Shown here: positions 14,501-27,862 of the stretch, in pieces | Layout of the letters: each line of letters opens with the position of its first letter | Position numbering within the stretch: the first letter of the stretch is position 1 | NCBI GenBank assembly: GCA_965217995.1 | Contig: CBDCKB010000002.1 | Span: forward strand, 40,385-104,384 | DNA: 64,000 nucleotides | From: Rhodobacterales bacterium | GTDB taxonomy: Bacteria > Pseudomonadota > Alphaproteobacteria > Rhodobacterales > CAZPXZ01 | Direction of reading: 5' to 3' | The notes under the pieces: model-generated | What the model was told of the DNA's origin: nothing | What the model saw: the letters and a program-made list of their open reading frames with translations, nothing else | Database searches by the model: none | Program-made: the position numbers and the translations under genes

Positions 14501-17250
14501 CTTGCTGTAACCCACTGTAACCACTTGGTAACCTGCTGTAACCTGCTCTAACCCACTGTAACCACTCGGTAACCTGCTGTAACCCTCTGCAACCTTTCGG
14601 TAACCTGCTGTAACCCACTGTAACCACTCGGTAACCTTATATAACCCACTGTAACCACTCGGTAACCTGCTGTAACCTGCTGTAACCTGCTGTAACCCGC
14701 TGTAACCACACTGTAACTTGCTGTAACCTGCTCTAACCCAATGTAACCACTCGGTAAACTGCAGTAACCCACTGCAACCACTCGGTAACCTGCTGTAACC
14801 TGCTGTAACCCACTGTAACCACTCGATAACCAGCTGTAACCTGCTGAAACCCAGTGTAACCACTCGGTAACCTGCTGTAACCTGCAGTAACCTGCTGTAA
14901 TCCACTGTACCCTCTCAGTAACCTGCTGTAACCTGCTTTAACCCTCTGTAACTACTCGGTAAACTGCTGTAACCTGCTGTAACCCGCTGTAACCACTCGG
15001 TAACCTACTGTAACCTGCTGTAACCCACTGTAACCACTCTTTAACCTGCTGTAACCTGCTGTAACCCACTGTAGCCATTCAGTAACCTGCTGTAACCTAC
15101 TGTAACCAACTGTAACCACTCGGTACCTGCTGTGACCTGCTGTAACTCGCTGTAACCACTCTGTAAACTGCTTTAACCTGCTGTAACCCACTGTAACCAC
15201 TCGGTAACTTGCTGTAACCTGCTGTAACCCACTGTAACCACTCGGTAACATGCTGTAACCAACTGTAACCACTCGGTAACCTGCTGTAACCTGCTGTAAC
15301 CCAGTGCAACCACTCGGTAACCCACTGTAACCACTCGGTAACCTTCTGTAACCTGTGGAAACCCACTGTAACCACTCGGTAACCTGCTGTAAACTGCTCT
15401 AACACACTGTAACAACTCCGTAACCTGCTGTAACCCACTGTAACCACTCGGTAACCTGCTGTAACGCGCTGTAACCCACTGTAACCACTCGGTAACCTGC
15501 TGTAACCCACAGTAACCACTCGGTAACCTGCTGTAACCATGCTGTAACCCACTGTAACCACTCGGTAACCTGCTGTAAGCTGCTGTAACCCACTGTAACC
15601 ACTCGGTGACCTGCTGTAACCTGCTGTAACCATGCTGTAACCCACTGTAACCACTCGGTAACCTACTGTAACCTGCTGTAACCTACTGTAACCACTCTGT
15701 AACCTGCTTTAAACTGCTGTAACCCACTGTAACCACTCGGTAACTTGCTGTAACCTGCTGTAACCCACTTTACCCACTCGGTAACCTGCTGTAACCTGCT
15801 GTAACCTACTGTAACCACTCGGTAACCTGCTGTAACCAGCTGTGACCCACTGTAACTACTCGGTAACCTGTTGTAACCAACTGTAACTACTCGGTAACCT
15901 GCTGTAACCATGCTGTAACCCACTGTAATCACTCGGTAACCTGCTGTAAGCTGCTGTAACCCACTGTAACCACTCGGTGACCTGCTGTAACCTGCTGTAA
16001 CCATGCTGTAACCCACTGTAACCACTCGGTAACCTGCTGTAACCTGCTGTAACCTACTGTAACCACTCTGTAACCTGCTTTAAACTGCTGTAACCCACTG
16101 TAACCACTCGGTAACTTGCTGTAACCTGCTGTAACCCACTTTACCCACTCGGTAACCTGCTGTAACCTGCTGTAACCCACTGTAACCACTCGGTAACCTG
16201 CTGTAACCTGCTGTAACCCACTGTAACCACTCTGTAACCTGCTGTAACCTGCTGTAACCCACTGTAACCATTCGGTAACCTGCTGTAACTTGCTGTAACC
16301 CACTGTAACCACTTGGTAATCTGCTGTAACCTGCTCTAACCCACTGTAACCACTCGGTAACCTGCTGTAACCCTCTGCAAACTTTCGGTAACCTGCTGTA
16401 ACCCACTGTAACCACTCGGTAACCTTATATAACCCACTGTAACCACTCGGTAACCTGCTGTAACCTGCTGTAACCCGCTGTAACCACACTGTAACTTGCT
16501 GTAACCTGCTCTAACCCAATGTAACCACTCGGTAACCTGCTGTAACCCACTGTAACCACTCGGTGACTTGCTGTAACCTGCTCTAACTCACTGTAACCAC
16601 TCGGTAACATAATGTAACCTGTTGTACCCCACTGTAAACACTCGGTAACCTGCTGTAACCCACTGTAACCACTCGGTAAACTGCAGTAACCCACTGCAAC
16701 CACTCGGTAACCTGCTGTAACCTGCTGTAACCCACTGTAACCACTCGATAACCAGCTGTAACCTGCTGAAACCCAGTGTAACCACTCGGTAACCTGCTGT
16801 AACCTGCAGTAACCTGCTGTAATCCACTGTACCCTCTCAGTAACCTGCTGTAACCTGCTTTAACCCTCTGTAACTACTCGGTAAACTGCTGTAACCTGCT
16901 GTAACCCGCTGTAACCACTCGGTAACCTACTGTAACCTGCTGTAACCCACTTTAACCACTCTTTAACCTGCTGTAACCTTCTGTAACCCACTGTAGCCAT
17001 TCAGTAACCTGCTGTAACCTACTGTAACCCACTGTAACCACTCGGTACCTGCTGTGACCTGCTGTAACTCACTGTAACCACTCGGTAACCTGCTGTATCC
17101 TGTTGTACCCCACTGTAAACACTCGGTAACCTGCTGTAACCCACTGTAACCACTCGGTAAACTGCTGTAACCTGCAGTAACCCACTGCAACCACTCGATA
17201 ACCAGCTGTAACCTGCTGAAACCCAGTGTAACCACTCGGTAACCTGCTGT
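5560..17250. repeat. Satellite A domain II: variable-length HOR family (copy spacing 1356-2558 bp between markers)
   Basis: A 558-bp marker segment occurs at 6277-6834, 7633-8190, 10191-10748, 12140-12697 and 15097-15654. Its 185-codon translations are identical or differ at 1-2 codons. A truncated copy lies at 13691-14155. A 279-bp marker occurs at 8580-8858, 9597-9875, 13097-13375 and 16425-16703. Spacings differ because sub-blocks are gained or lost. Confidence 0.85.
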
Positions 17251-19560
17251 AACCTGCAGTAACCTGCTGTAACCCACTGTACCCTCTCAGTAACCTGCTG
17301 TAACCTGCTGTAACCCACTGTAACCACTCGGTAAACTGCTGTAACCTGCTGTAACCCTCTGTAACCACTCGGTAACCTACTGTAACCTGCTGTAACCCAC
17401 TGTAACCACTCTTTAACCTTCTGTAACCTGCTGTAACCCTCTGTATCCATTCAGTAACCTGTTGTAACCTACTGTAACCCACTGTAACCCCTCGTTAACC
17501 TACTGTAACCTGCTCTAACCCACTGTAACCACTCGGTAACCTGCTGTAACCTGCTGTAACCCACTGTAATCACTCGGTAACCTGCTGCAACCTGCCATAA
17601 CCCACTGTAACCATTCGGTACCCTACTATAACCTGTAACCCACTGTAACCACTCAGTGACATGCTGTAACCTGCTGTAACCCACTGCAACCACTCGGTAA
17701 CCTGCTATAAAATGCTGTAACCCACTGTAACCACTCGGTAACCTGCTGTAACCTGCTGTAACCCACTGTAACCACTCGGTAACCTGCTGTAACCTGCTGT
17801 AACCAACTGTAACCACTCGGTAACCTGCTGTAACCTTCTGTAACACACTGTAACCTCTCGGTAACCAGCTGTAACCTGCTGTAACCCACTGTAACCACTC
17901 GGTAACCTGCTGTAATCTGCTGTAACCCACTGTAACCACTAGGTACCTGCTGTAACCTGCTGTAACCTGCTGTATCCCACTGTAACCACTCGGTGACCTG
18001 CTGTGACCTGCTCTAACCCACTGTAATCACTCGGTAACCTGCTGTAATCTGCTGTAACCCCCTGTAACCACTCGGTAACCCACTGTAATCACTCGGTAAC
18101 CTGCTGTAACCTGCTGTAACCCACTGTAACCACTCGGTAACCTGCTGTAACCTGCTGTACACCACTGTAATCACTTGCTAACCTGCTGTAACCTGCTGTA
18201 ACCCACTGTAACCACTCGGTAACCTGCTATAAACTGCTGTAACACACTGTAACAACTCGGTACCCTGCTGTAACCCACTGCAACCTTTCGGTAACCTGCT
18301 GTAACCCACTGTAACCACTCGGTAACTTGCTATAACCCACTGTAACCACTCGGTAACCTACTGTAACCTGCTCTAACCCACTGTAACCACTCGGTAACCA
18401 GCTGTAACCTACTGTAACCCACTGTAACCACTCGGTAACCTGCTGCAACCTGCCGTAACCCACTGTAACCATTCGGTACCCCACTCTAACCTGTAACCCA
18501 CTGTAACCACTCAGTAACATGCTGTAACCTGCTGTAACCCACTGAAACCACTCGGTAACCTGCTGTAAAATGCTGTAACCCACTGTAAACACTCGGTAAC
18601 CTGCTGTAACCTGCTGTAACCCACTGTAACCACTCGGTAACCTGCTGTAACCTGCTGTAACCCACTGTAACCACTCGGTAACCTGCTGTAACCTTCTGTA
18701 ACACACTGTAACCACTCGGTCACCAGCTGTAACCTGCTGTAATCCACTTTAACCACTCGGTAAACTGCTGCAATCTGCTGTAACCCACTGTAACCACTAG
18801 GTACCTGCTGTAACCTGCTGTAACCTGCTGTATCCCACTGTAACCACTCGGTGACCTGCTGTGACCTGCTCTAACCCACTGTAATCACTCGGTAACCTGC
18901 TGTAACCCACTGTACCCACTCGTTAACCTTCTCTAACAATGCTGTAACCCACTGTAACCGCTTGGTAATTTGTTGTAACCTCCTGTAACCTTCTGTAACC
19001 CCCTGTAACCACTTGGTAACCCACTGTAATCACTCGGTAACCTACTGTAACCTGCTGTAACCTGCTGTAACCCACGGTAACCACTCAATAACCTGCTGTA
19101 ACCTGCTGTACACCACTGTAACCACTCGGTAACCTGTTGTAACCTGCAGTAACCCCCTGTAACCACTCGGTAACCTGCTGTAACCCACTGTAACCACTCG
19201 GTAACCTGCTGTAACCCACTGTAACGACTCGGTAACCTGCTGTAACCTGCTGTAACCCACTGTAACCACTCGGTAACATGCTGTGACCTGCTGTAACCCG
19301 CTGTAACAACTCGGTAACCTGCTGTAACATTCTGTAACCCACTGTAACCACTCGGTAACCTGCTGTAACCTGCTGTAACCCATTGTAACCACTCGGTAAC
19401 CTGCTGTAACCAGCTGTAACCCACTGTAACCACTCGGTAACCTGCTGTAACCTGATATAACCCTCTGTAACCACTCGGTAACCTGCTGTAACCTTCTGTA
19501 ACACACTGTAACCACTCGGTAACCAACTGTAACCTGCTGTAACCCACTGTAACCACTCGG
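17250..19560. repeat. Satellite A domain I-prime: diverged copy of about 600-2670 of domain I
   Basis: Shared minus-strand translation markers lie at an offset of about 16.6-16.7 kb: 369..806 vs 17019..17450, 170..838 vs 17069..17482, 1009..1326 vs 17653..17898, 1744..2034 vs 18511..18756, and 2221..2670 vs 18933..19556. The last pair shares the ending GGYNKLPSGYSGLQHC. Confidence 0.7.
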
Positions 19561-20039
19561 TAACCTGCTGTAACCTGCTGTAACCCATTGTAACCACTCG
19601 GTAACCTGCTCTAACCAGCTGTAACCCACTGTAACCACTCGGTAACCTGCTGTAACCTGATTTAATCCTCTGTAACCACTCGGTAACCTGCTGTAACCTG
19701 CTGTAATCCACTCGGTAACCACTCGGTAACCTGTTGTAACCTGCTGTAACCCACTGTAACCACTCGGTAACCTGCTGTAACCTGCTGTAACCCACTGTAA
19801 CCACTCGGTAACCTGCTGTAACCTGCTGTAACCCACTGTAACAACTCGGTAACCTGCTGTAACCTTCTGTAACACACTGTAATCACTCGGTAACCAACTG
19901 TAACCTGCTGTAACCCACTGTAACCACTAGGTAACCAGCTGTAACCCACTGTAACCACTCGGTAACCTGCTGTAACCCACTGTAACCACTCGGTAACCTG
20001 CTGCGACCTGCTCTAACCCACTGTAATCACTCGGTAACC

Positions 20040-23000
20040 TGCTGTAACCCACTGTAACCTCTCGTTAACCTTCTCTAACCATGCTGTAACCCACTGTAAC
20101 CATTCGGAAACCTGCTGTAACCTGCTGTAACCCCCTCAAACAACTCGGTAACCCACTGTAATCACTCGGTAACCTGCTGTAACCTGCTGTAACCCACTGT
20201 AACCACTCGGTAACCTGTTGCAACCTGCTGTAACCCACTGTAACCACTCTGTAACCTGCTGTAACCCACTGTAACAACTCGGTAACCTGCAGTAACCTTT
20301 TGTAACCCACTGTAACCACTCGGTAACCTGCTGTAACCTGCAGTAACCCACTGTAATCACTCGGTAACCTGCTGTAACCTGCTGTAACCCACTGCAACCA
20401 CTCGGTAACCTGCTGTAACCCACTGTAACCACTCGGTAACCTTCTGTAACCCACTGTAACCACTCGGTAACCTGCTGTAACCATGCTGTAACCCACTGTA
20501 ACCACTCGGTAACCAGCTGTAAGCTGCTGTAACCCACTGTAACCACTCGGTAACCTGCTGTAACCTGCTGTAACCCACTGTAACCACTCGGTGACCTGCT
20601 GTAATCTGCTGTAACCCACTGTAACCACTCGGTAATCTGCTGTAACCACTCGGTAAACTGCTGTAACCTACTGTAACCCACTATAACCACTCGGTAACCT
20701 GTTGTAACCCACTGTAACCACTCGGTAACCTACTCTAACCTGCTGTAAACCACTGTAACCACTCTGTAAATTGCTGTAACCTATTGTAATCCAATGTACC
20801 CACTTGGTAACCTACAGTAACCTGCTGTAACCTGCTGTAACCCACAGTAACCATTCGGTAACCTGCTGTAACCTGCTGTAACCCACTGTAACCACTCGGT
20901 AACCTGCTGTAACCTGATATAACCCTCTGTAACCACTCGGTAACCTGCTGTAACCTGCTGTAATCCACTCGGTAACCACTCGGTAACCTGCTGTAACCTG
21001 CTGTAACCCACTGTAACCACTCGGTAACCTTCTGTAACCTGCTGTAACCCACTGTAACCACTCGGTAACCTGCTGTAACATTCTGTAACACACTGTAACC
21101 TGCTGTAACCCACTGTAACCACTCGGTAACCTGCTGTAACCCACTGTAACAACTCGGTAACCTGCTGTAACCTACTGTAACACACTGTAACCACTCGGTA
21201 ACCAACTGTAACCTGCTGTAACCCACTGTAACCACTAGGTAACCAGCTGTAATCTGCTGTAACCCACTGTAACCACTCGGTAACCTGCTGTAACCCACTG
21301 TAACCACTCGGTAACCTGCTGCGACCTGCTCTAACCCACTGTAATCACTCGGTAACCTGCTGTAACCCACTGTAACCTCTCGTTAACCTTCTCTAACCAT
21401 GCTGTAACCCACTGTAACCATTCGGAAACCTGCTGTAACCTGATATAACCCCCTCAAACAACTCGGTAACCCACTGTAATCACTCGGTAACCTGCTGTAA
21501 CCTGCTGTAACCCACTGTAACCTATCGGTAACCTGTTGCAACCTGCTGTAACCCACTGTAACCACTCTGTAACCTGCTGTAACCCACTGTAACAATTCGG
21601 TAACCTGCAGTAACCTTTTGTAACCCACTGTAACTACTCGGTAACCTGCTGTAACCTGCAGTAACCCACTGTAATCACTCGGTAACCTGCTGTAACCTGC
21701 TGTAACCCACTGCAACCACTCGGTAACCTGCTGTAACCCACTGTAACCACTCGGTAACCTTCTGTAACCCACTGTAACCACTCGGTAACCTGCTGTAACC
21801 ATGCTGTAACCGACTGTAACCACTCGGTAACCAGCTGTAAGCTGCTGTAACCCACTGTAACCACTAGGTAACCTGCTGTAACCTGCTTTAACCCACTGTA
21901 ACCACTCGGTGACCTGCTGTAATCTGCTGTAACCCACTGTAACCACTCGGTAATCTGCTGTAACCACTCGGTAAACTGCTGTAACCAACTGTAACCCACT
22001 ATAACCACTCGGTAACCTGTTGTAACCCACTGTAACCACTCGGTAACCTACTCTAACCTGCTGTAAACCACTGTAACCACTCTGTAAATTGCTGTAACCT
22101 ATTGTAATCCAATGTACCCACTTGGTAACCTACAGTAACCTGCTGTAACCTGCTGTAACCCACAGTAACCATTCGGTAACCTGCTGTAACCTGCTGTAAC
22201 CCACTGTAACCACTCGGTAACCTGCTGTAACCTGATATAACCCTCTGTAACCACTCGGTAACCTGCTGTAACCTGCTGTAATCCACTCGGTAACCTGCTG
22301 TAACCATGCTGTAACCCACTGTAACCACTCGGTAACCAGCTGTAAGCTGCTGTAACCCACTGTAACTACTCGGTGACCTGCTGTAATCTGCTGTAACCCA
22401 CTGTAACCACTCGGTAATCTGCTGTAACCACTCGGTTAACTGCTGTAACCTACTGTAACCCACTATAACCACTCGGTAACCTGTTGTAACCCACTGTAAC
22501 CACTCGGTAACCTACTCTAACCTGCTGTAAACCACTGTAACCACTCTGTAAATTGCTGTAACCTATTGTAATCCAATGTACCCACTTGGTAACCTACAGT
22601 AACCTGCTGTAACCTGCTGTAACCCACAGTAACCATTCGGTAACCTGCTGTAACCTGCTGTAACCCACTGTAACCACTCGGTAACCTGCAGTAACCTGCT
22701 GTAACCCACTGTAACCACTCGGTTACCTGCTGTAACCTGCTGTAACCCACTGTAACCACACGGTAACCTGCTCTAACCTGCTGTAACCCACTGTAACAAC
22801 TCGGTAACCTGTTGTAACCATGCTGTAACACAATGTAACCACTTGGTGACCTGCTGTGACCTGCTGTAACCCACTGTAACCACTCGGTAACCTGCTGTAA
22901 CCTGCTGTAACCCACTGTAACCACTCGGTGACCTGCTGTAATCTGCTGTAACCCACTGTAACCACTCGGTAATCTGCTGTAACCACTCGGTAAACTGCTG

Positions 23001-25250
23001 TAACCTACTGTAACCCACTATAACCACTCGGTAACCTGTTGTAACCCACTGTAACCACTCGGTAACCTACTCTAACCTGCTGTAAACCACTGTAACCACT
23101 CTGTAAATTGCTGTAACCTATTGTAATCCAATGTACCCACTTGGTAACCTACAGTAAACTGCTGTAACCTGCTGTAACCCACAGTAACCATTCGGTAACC
23201 TGCTGTAACCTGCTGTAACCCACTGTAACCACTCGGTAACCTGCTGTAACCTGATATAACCCTCTGTAACCACTCGGTAACCTGCTGTAACCTGCTGTAA
23301 TCCACTCGGTAACCACTCGGTAACCTGCTGTAACCTGCTGTAACCCACTGTAACCACTCGGTAACCTTCTGTAACCTGCTGTAACCCACTGTAACCACTC
23401 GGTAACCTGCTGTAACATTCTGTAACACACTGTAACCTGCTGTAACCCACTGTAACCACTCGGTAACCTGCTGTAACCCACTGTAACAACTCGGTAACCT
23501 GCTGTAACCTTCTGTAACACACTGTAACCACTCGGTAACCAACTGTAACCTGCTGTAACCCACTGTAACCACTAGGTAACCAGCTGTAATCTGCTGTAAC
23601 CCACTGTAACCACTCGGTAACCTGCTGTAACCCACTGTAACCACTCGGTAACCTGCTGCGACCTGCTCTAACCCACTGTAATCACTCGGTAACCTGCTGT
23701 AACCCACTGTAACCTCTCGTTAACCTTCTCTAACCATGCTGTAACCCACTGTAACCATTCGGAAACCTGCTGTAACCTGATATAACCCCCTCAAACAACT
23801 CGGTAACCCACTGTAATCACTCGGTAACCTGCTGTAACCTGCTGTAACCCACTGTAACCTATCGGTAACCTGTTGCAACCTGCTGTAACCCACTGTAACC
23901 ACTCTGTAACCTGCTGTAACCCACTGTAACAATTCGGTAACCTGCAGTAACCTTTTGTAACCCACTGTAACTACTCGGTAACCTGCTGTAACCTGCAGTA
24001 ACCCACTGTAATCACTCGGTAACCTGCTGTAACCTGCTGTAACCCACTGCAACCACTCGGTAACCTGCTGTAACCCACTGTAACCACTCGGTAACCTTCT
24101 GTAGCCCACTGTAACCACTCGGTAACCTGCTGTAACCATGCTGTAACCGACTGTAACCACTCGGTAACCAGCTGTAAGCTGCTGTAACCCACTGTAACCA
24201 CTAGGTAACCTGCTGTAACCTGCTGTAACCCACTGTAACCACTCGGTGACCTGCTGTAATCTGCTGTAACCCACTGTAACCACTCGGTAATCTGCTGTAA
24301 CCACTCGGTAAACTGCTGTAACCAACTGTAACCCACTATAACCACTCGGTAACCTGTTGTAACCCACTGTAACCACTCGGTAACCTACTCTAACCTGCTG
24401 TAAACCACTGTAACCACTCTGTAAATTGCTGTAACCTATTGTAATGCAATGTACCCACTTGGTAACCTACAGTAACCTGCTGTAACCTGCTGTAACCCAC
24501 AGTAACCATTCGGTAACCTGCTGTAACCTGCTGTAACCCACTGTAACCACTCGGTAACCTGCTGTAACCTGATATAACCCTCTGTAACCACTCGGTAACC
24601 TGCTGTAACCTGCTGTAATCCACTCGGTGACCTGCTGTAACCATGCTGTAACCCACTGTAACCACTCGGTAACCAGCTGTAAGCTGCTGTAACCCACTGT
24701 AACTACTCGGTGACCTGCTGTAATCTGCTGTAACCCACTGTAACCACTCGGTAATCTGCTGTAACCACTCGGTTAACTGCTGTAACCTACTGTAACCCAC
24801 TATAACCACTCGGTAACCTGTTGTAACCCACTGTAACCACTCGGTAACCTACTCTAACCTGCTGTAAACCACTGTAACCACTCTGTAAATTGCTGTAACC
24901 TATTGTAATCCAATGTACCCACTTGGTAACCTACAGTAACCTGCTGTAACCTGCTGTAACCCACAGTAACCATTCGGTAACCTGCTGTAACCTGCTGTAA
25001 CCCACTGTAACCACTCGGTAACCTGCAGTAACCTGCTGTAACCCACTGTAACCACTCGGTTACCTGCTGTAACCTGCTGTAACCCACTGTAACCACACGG
25101 TAACCTGCTCTAACCTGCTGTAACCCACTGTAACAACTCGGTAACCTGTTGTAACCATGCTGTAACACAATGTAACCACTTGGTGACCTGCTGTGACCTG
25201 CTGTAACCCACTGTAACCACTCGGTAACCTGCTTTAACCTGCTATAATCC
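20040..25250. repeat. Satellite A domain IV: 2337-bp HOR (57 x 41 bp), two copies plus a partial leading copy
   Basis: Markers 20735..21370, 21383..22039, 22053..22472 and 22517..22924 recur at 23072..23707, 23720..24376, 24390..24809 and 24854..25333. All are offset exactly 2337 bp with 0-2 codon differences. I checked the nucleotides directly (20701 vs 23038). The internal sub-blocks are 1318 + 464 + 555 bp. Confidence 0.9.
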
Positions 25251-25860
25251 ACTGTAACCACTCGGTGACTTGCTGTAACCTGCTGTAACCAACTGTAACC
25301 ATTCGGTAACCTGCTGTAACCCGCTGTAACCACTCAGTAACCTGCTGTAAACTGCAGTAACCCACTGCAACTACTCGGTAACCTGCTGTGACGTGCTGTA
25401 ACTCACTGTAACCACTCGGTAACCTGCTGTAACCTGCTGTAACCCACTGTAACCACACGGTAACTTGCTGTAACCTGCTGTAACCCACTGTAACAACTAG
25501 GTAACCTGTTGTAACCATGCTGTAACCCAATGTAACCACTCGGTGACCTGCTGTGACCTGCTGTAACCCACTGTAACCACTCGGTAACCTGCTTTAACCT
25601 GCTGTAATCCACTGTAACCACTCGGTGACTTGCTGTAACCTGCTGTAACCAAATGTAACCACTCGGTAACCTGCTGTAACTCGCTGTAACCACTCAGTAA
25701 CCTGCTGTAAACTGCAGTAACCCACTGCAACTACTCGGTAACCTGCTGTGACGTGCTGTAACTCACTGTAACCACTCGGTAACCTATTGTAACCTGCTGT
25801 AACCCACTGTAACCACTCGGTAACCTGCTGTAACCTGCTGTAACCCACTGTAACCACACG
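25141..25860. repeat. Satellite A local 360-bp HOR, 2 copies
   Basis: gtaacctgttgtaaccatgctgtaac... at 25141 recurs at 25501. ORFs 24854..25333 and 25403..25693 share the same N-terminal string, with starts 360 bp apart. Confidence 0.8.
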
Positions 25861-27616
25861 GTAACCTGCTGTAACCTGTTGTAACCCTCTCTAACCACTC
25901 GGTAACCAGCTGTAACCTGCTGTAACCTGCCGTAACCCACTGTAACCACTCGGTTACCTGTTGTAACCTGCTGTAACCCACTGTAACCACTCGGTAACCT
26001 GCTGTAACCTGCTGTAACCCACTGTAACCTCTCGGTAACCTGCTGTAACCTGCTGTAACCCACTGTAACCACTCGGTAACCTACTGTAAACTGCTATAAC
26101 CCACTGTAACCATTCGGTAACCAGTTGTAACCTGCTGTAACCCCCAGTAACCACTCGGTAACCTGCTGTAACCTGCTGTAACCAACAGTAACCACTCGGT
26201 AAACTGCTGTAACCTGCTGTAACTCACTGTAACAACTCGGTAACCTGCTGTAACCTTCTGTAACCCACTGTAACCACTCGGTAACCTGCTGTAACCTACT
26301 GTAACCCACTGCAACCACTCGGTAACCTGCTGTAACCCACTGTAACCACTCGGTAACCAGCTGTAACCCGCTGTAACCACTCGGTAAACTGCTGAAACCT
26401 GCTGTAACCCTCTGTAACCACTCGGTCACCTGCTGTAACCTGCTGTAACCTGCTGTTACCTGCTGTAACCCACTATAACCATTAGGTAACCTGCTGTAAC
26501 CTGCTATAACCCACTGTAACCACTCGTTAATCTGCTTTTACCTGCTGTAACCCACTGTAACCACTCGGTAACCTGTTGTAACCTGCTGTAACTCAGTGTA
26601 ATCACTCGGTAACCTGCTGTAACCTGTTGTAACCCACTGTAACCATTAGGTAACCTGCTGTAACATTCTCTAACCCACTGTAACCACTCGGTAACCTACT
26701 GTAACCCACTGTAACCACTCGGTAACTTGCTGTGACCTGCTATAACCCACTGCAATTACTCGGTAACCTGCTGTAAACTGCTGTAACCTGCTGTAACCCA
26801 CTGTAACCACTCGATAACCTACTGTAAACTGCTGTAACCCACTGTTACCACTCGGTAACCTGCTGTAACGAGCTGATATCACTCGGCAACCTGCTATAAC
26901 CTGCTGTATCCCACTGTAATCTCTCGGTAACCTGCTGTAACCTGCTGTAACCTTCTGTAACCCACTGTAACCACTCGGTAACCTGCTGTAACCAGCTGTG
27001 ACCCACTGTAACTACTCGGTAACCTGTTGTAACCAACTGTAACCACTCGGTAACCTGCTGTAACCTGCTGTAACCGACTGTAACCACTCGGAAACCTGCT
27101 GTAACCTGCTGTATCCCACTGTAATCTCTCGGTAACCTGCTGTAACCTGCTGTAACCTTCTGTAACCCACTGTAACCACTCGGTAACCTGTTGTAACCTG
27201 CTGTAACCCACTGTAACCACTCGGTAACCTGCTGTAACCTGCTGTAACCCACTGTAACAACTCGGTAACCTGCTGTAACCATGCTGTAACCCAATGTAAC
27301 CACTCGGTGACCTGCTGCGAACTGCTGTAACCTACTGTAACCACTCGGTAACCTGCTTTAACTTGCTGTAACCCACTTTAACCACTCGGTGACTTGCTGT
27401 AACCTGCTGTAATCAACTGTAATCAACTGTAACGACTCGGTAACCTGCTGTAACCAGCTGTAACCACTCAGTAACCTGCTGTAAACTGCTGTAACCCACT
27501 GCAACTACTCGGTAACCTGCTGTGACTTGCTGTAACTCACTGTAACCACTCGGTAACCTGTTGTAACCTGCTGTAACCCACTGTAACCACTCGGTCACCT
27601 GCTGTAACCTGCTGTA

Positions 27617-27862
27617 ACCCTCTGTAACCACTCGGTAACCTGCTGTAACCCTCTCTAACCACACGGTAAACTGCTGTAACCTGCTGTAACCTGCCGTAAC
27701 CCACTGTAACCACTCGGTAACCTGCTGTAACCTGCTGTAACCCTCTGTAACCACTCGGTAACCTGCTGTAACCCTCTCTAACCACACGGTAAACTGCTGT
27801 AACCTGCTGTAACCTGCCGTAACCCACTGTAACCACTCGGTAACCTGTTGTAACCTGCTGTA
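27617..27862. repeat. Satellite A local 123-bp (3-monomer) tandem duplication
   Basis: ccctctgtaaccactcggtaacctgctgtaaccctctctaaccacacggtaaactgctg occurs at 27617 and again at 27740. Confidence 0.85.
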
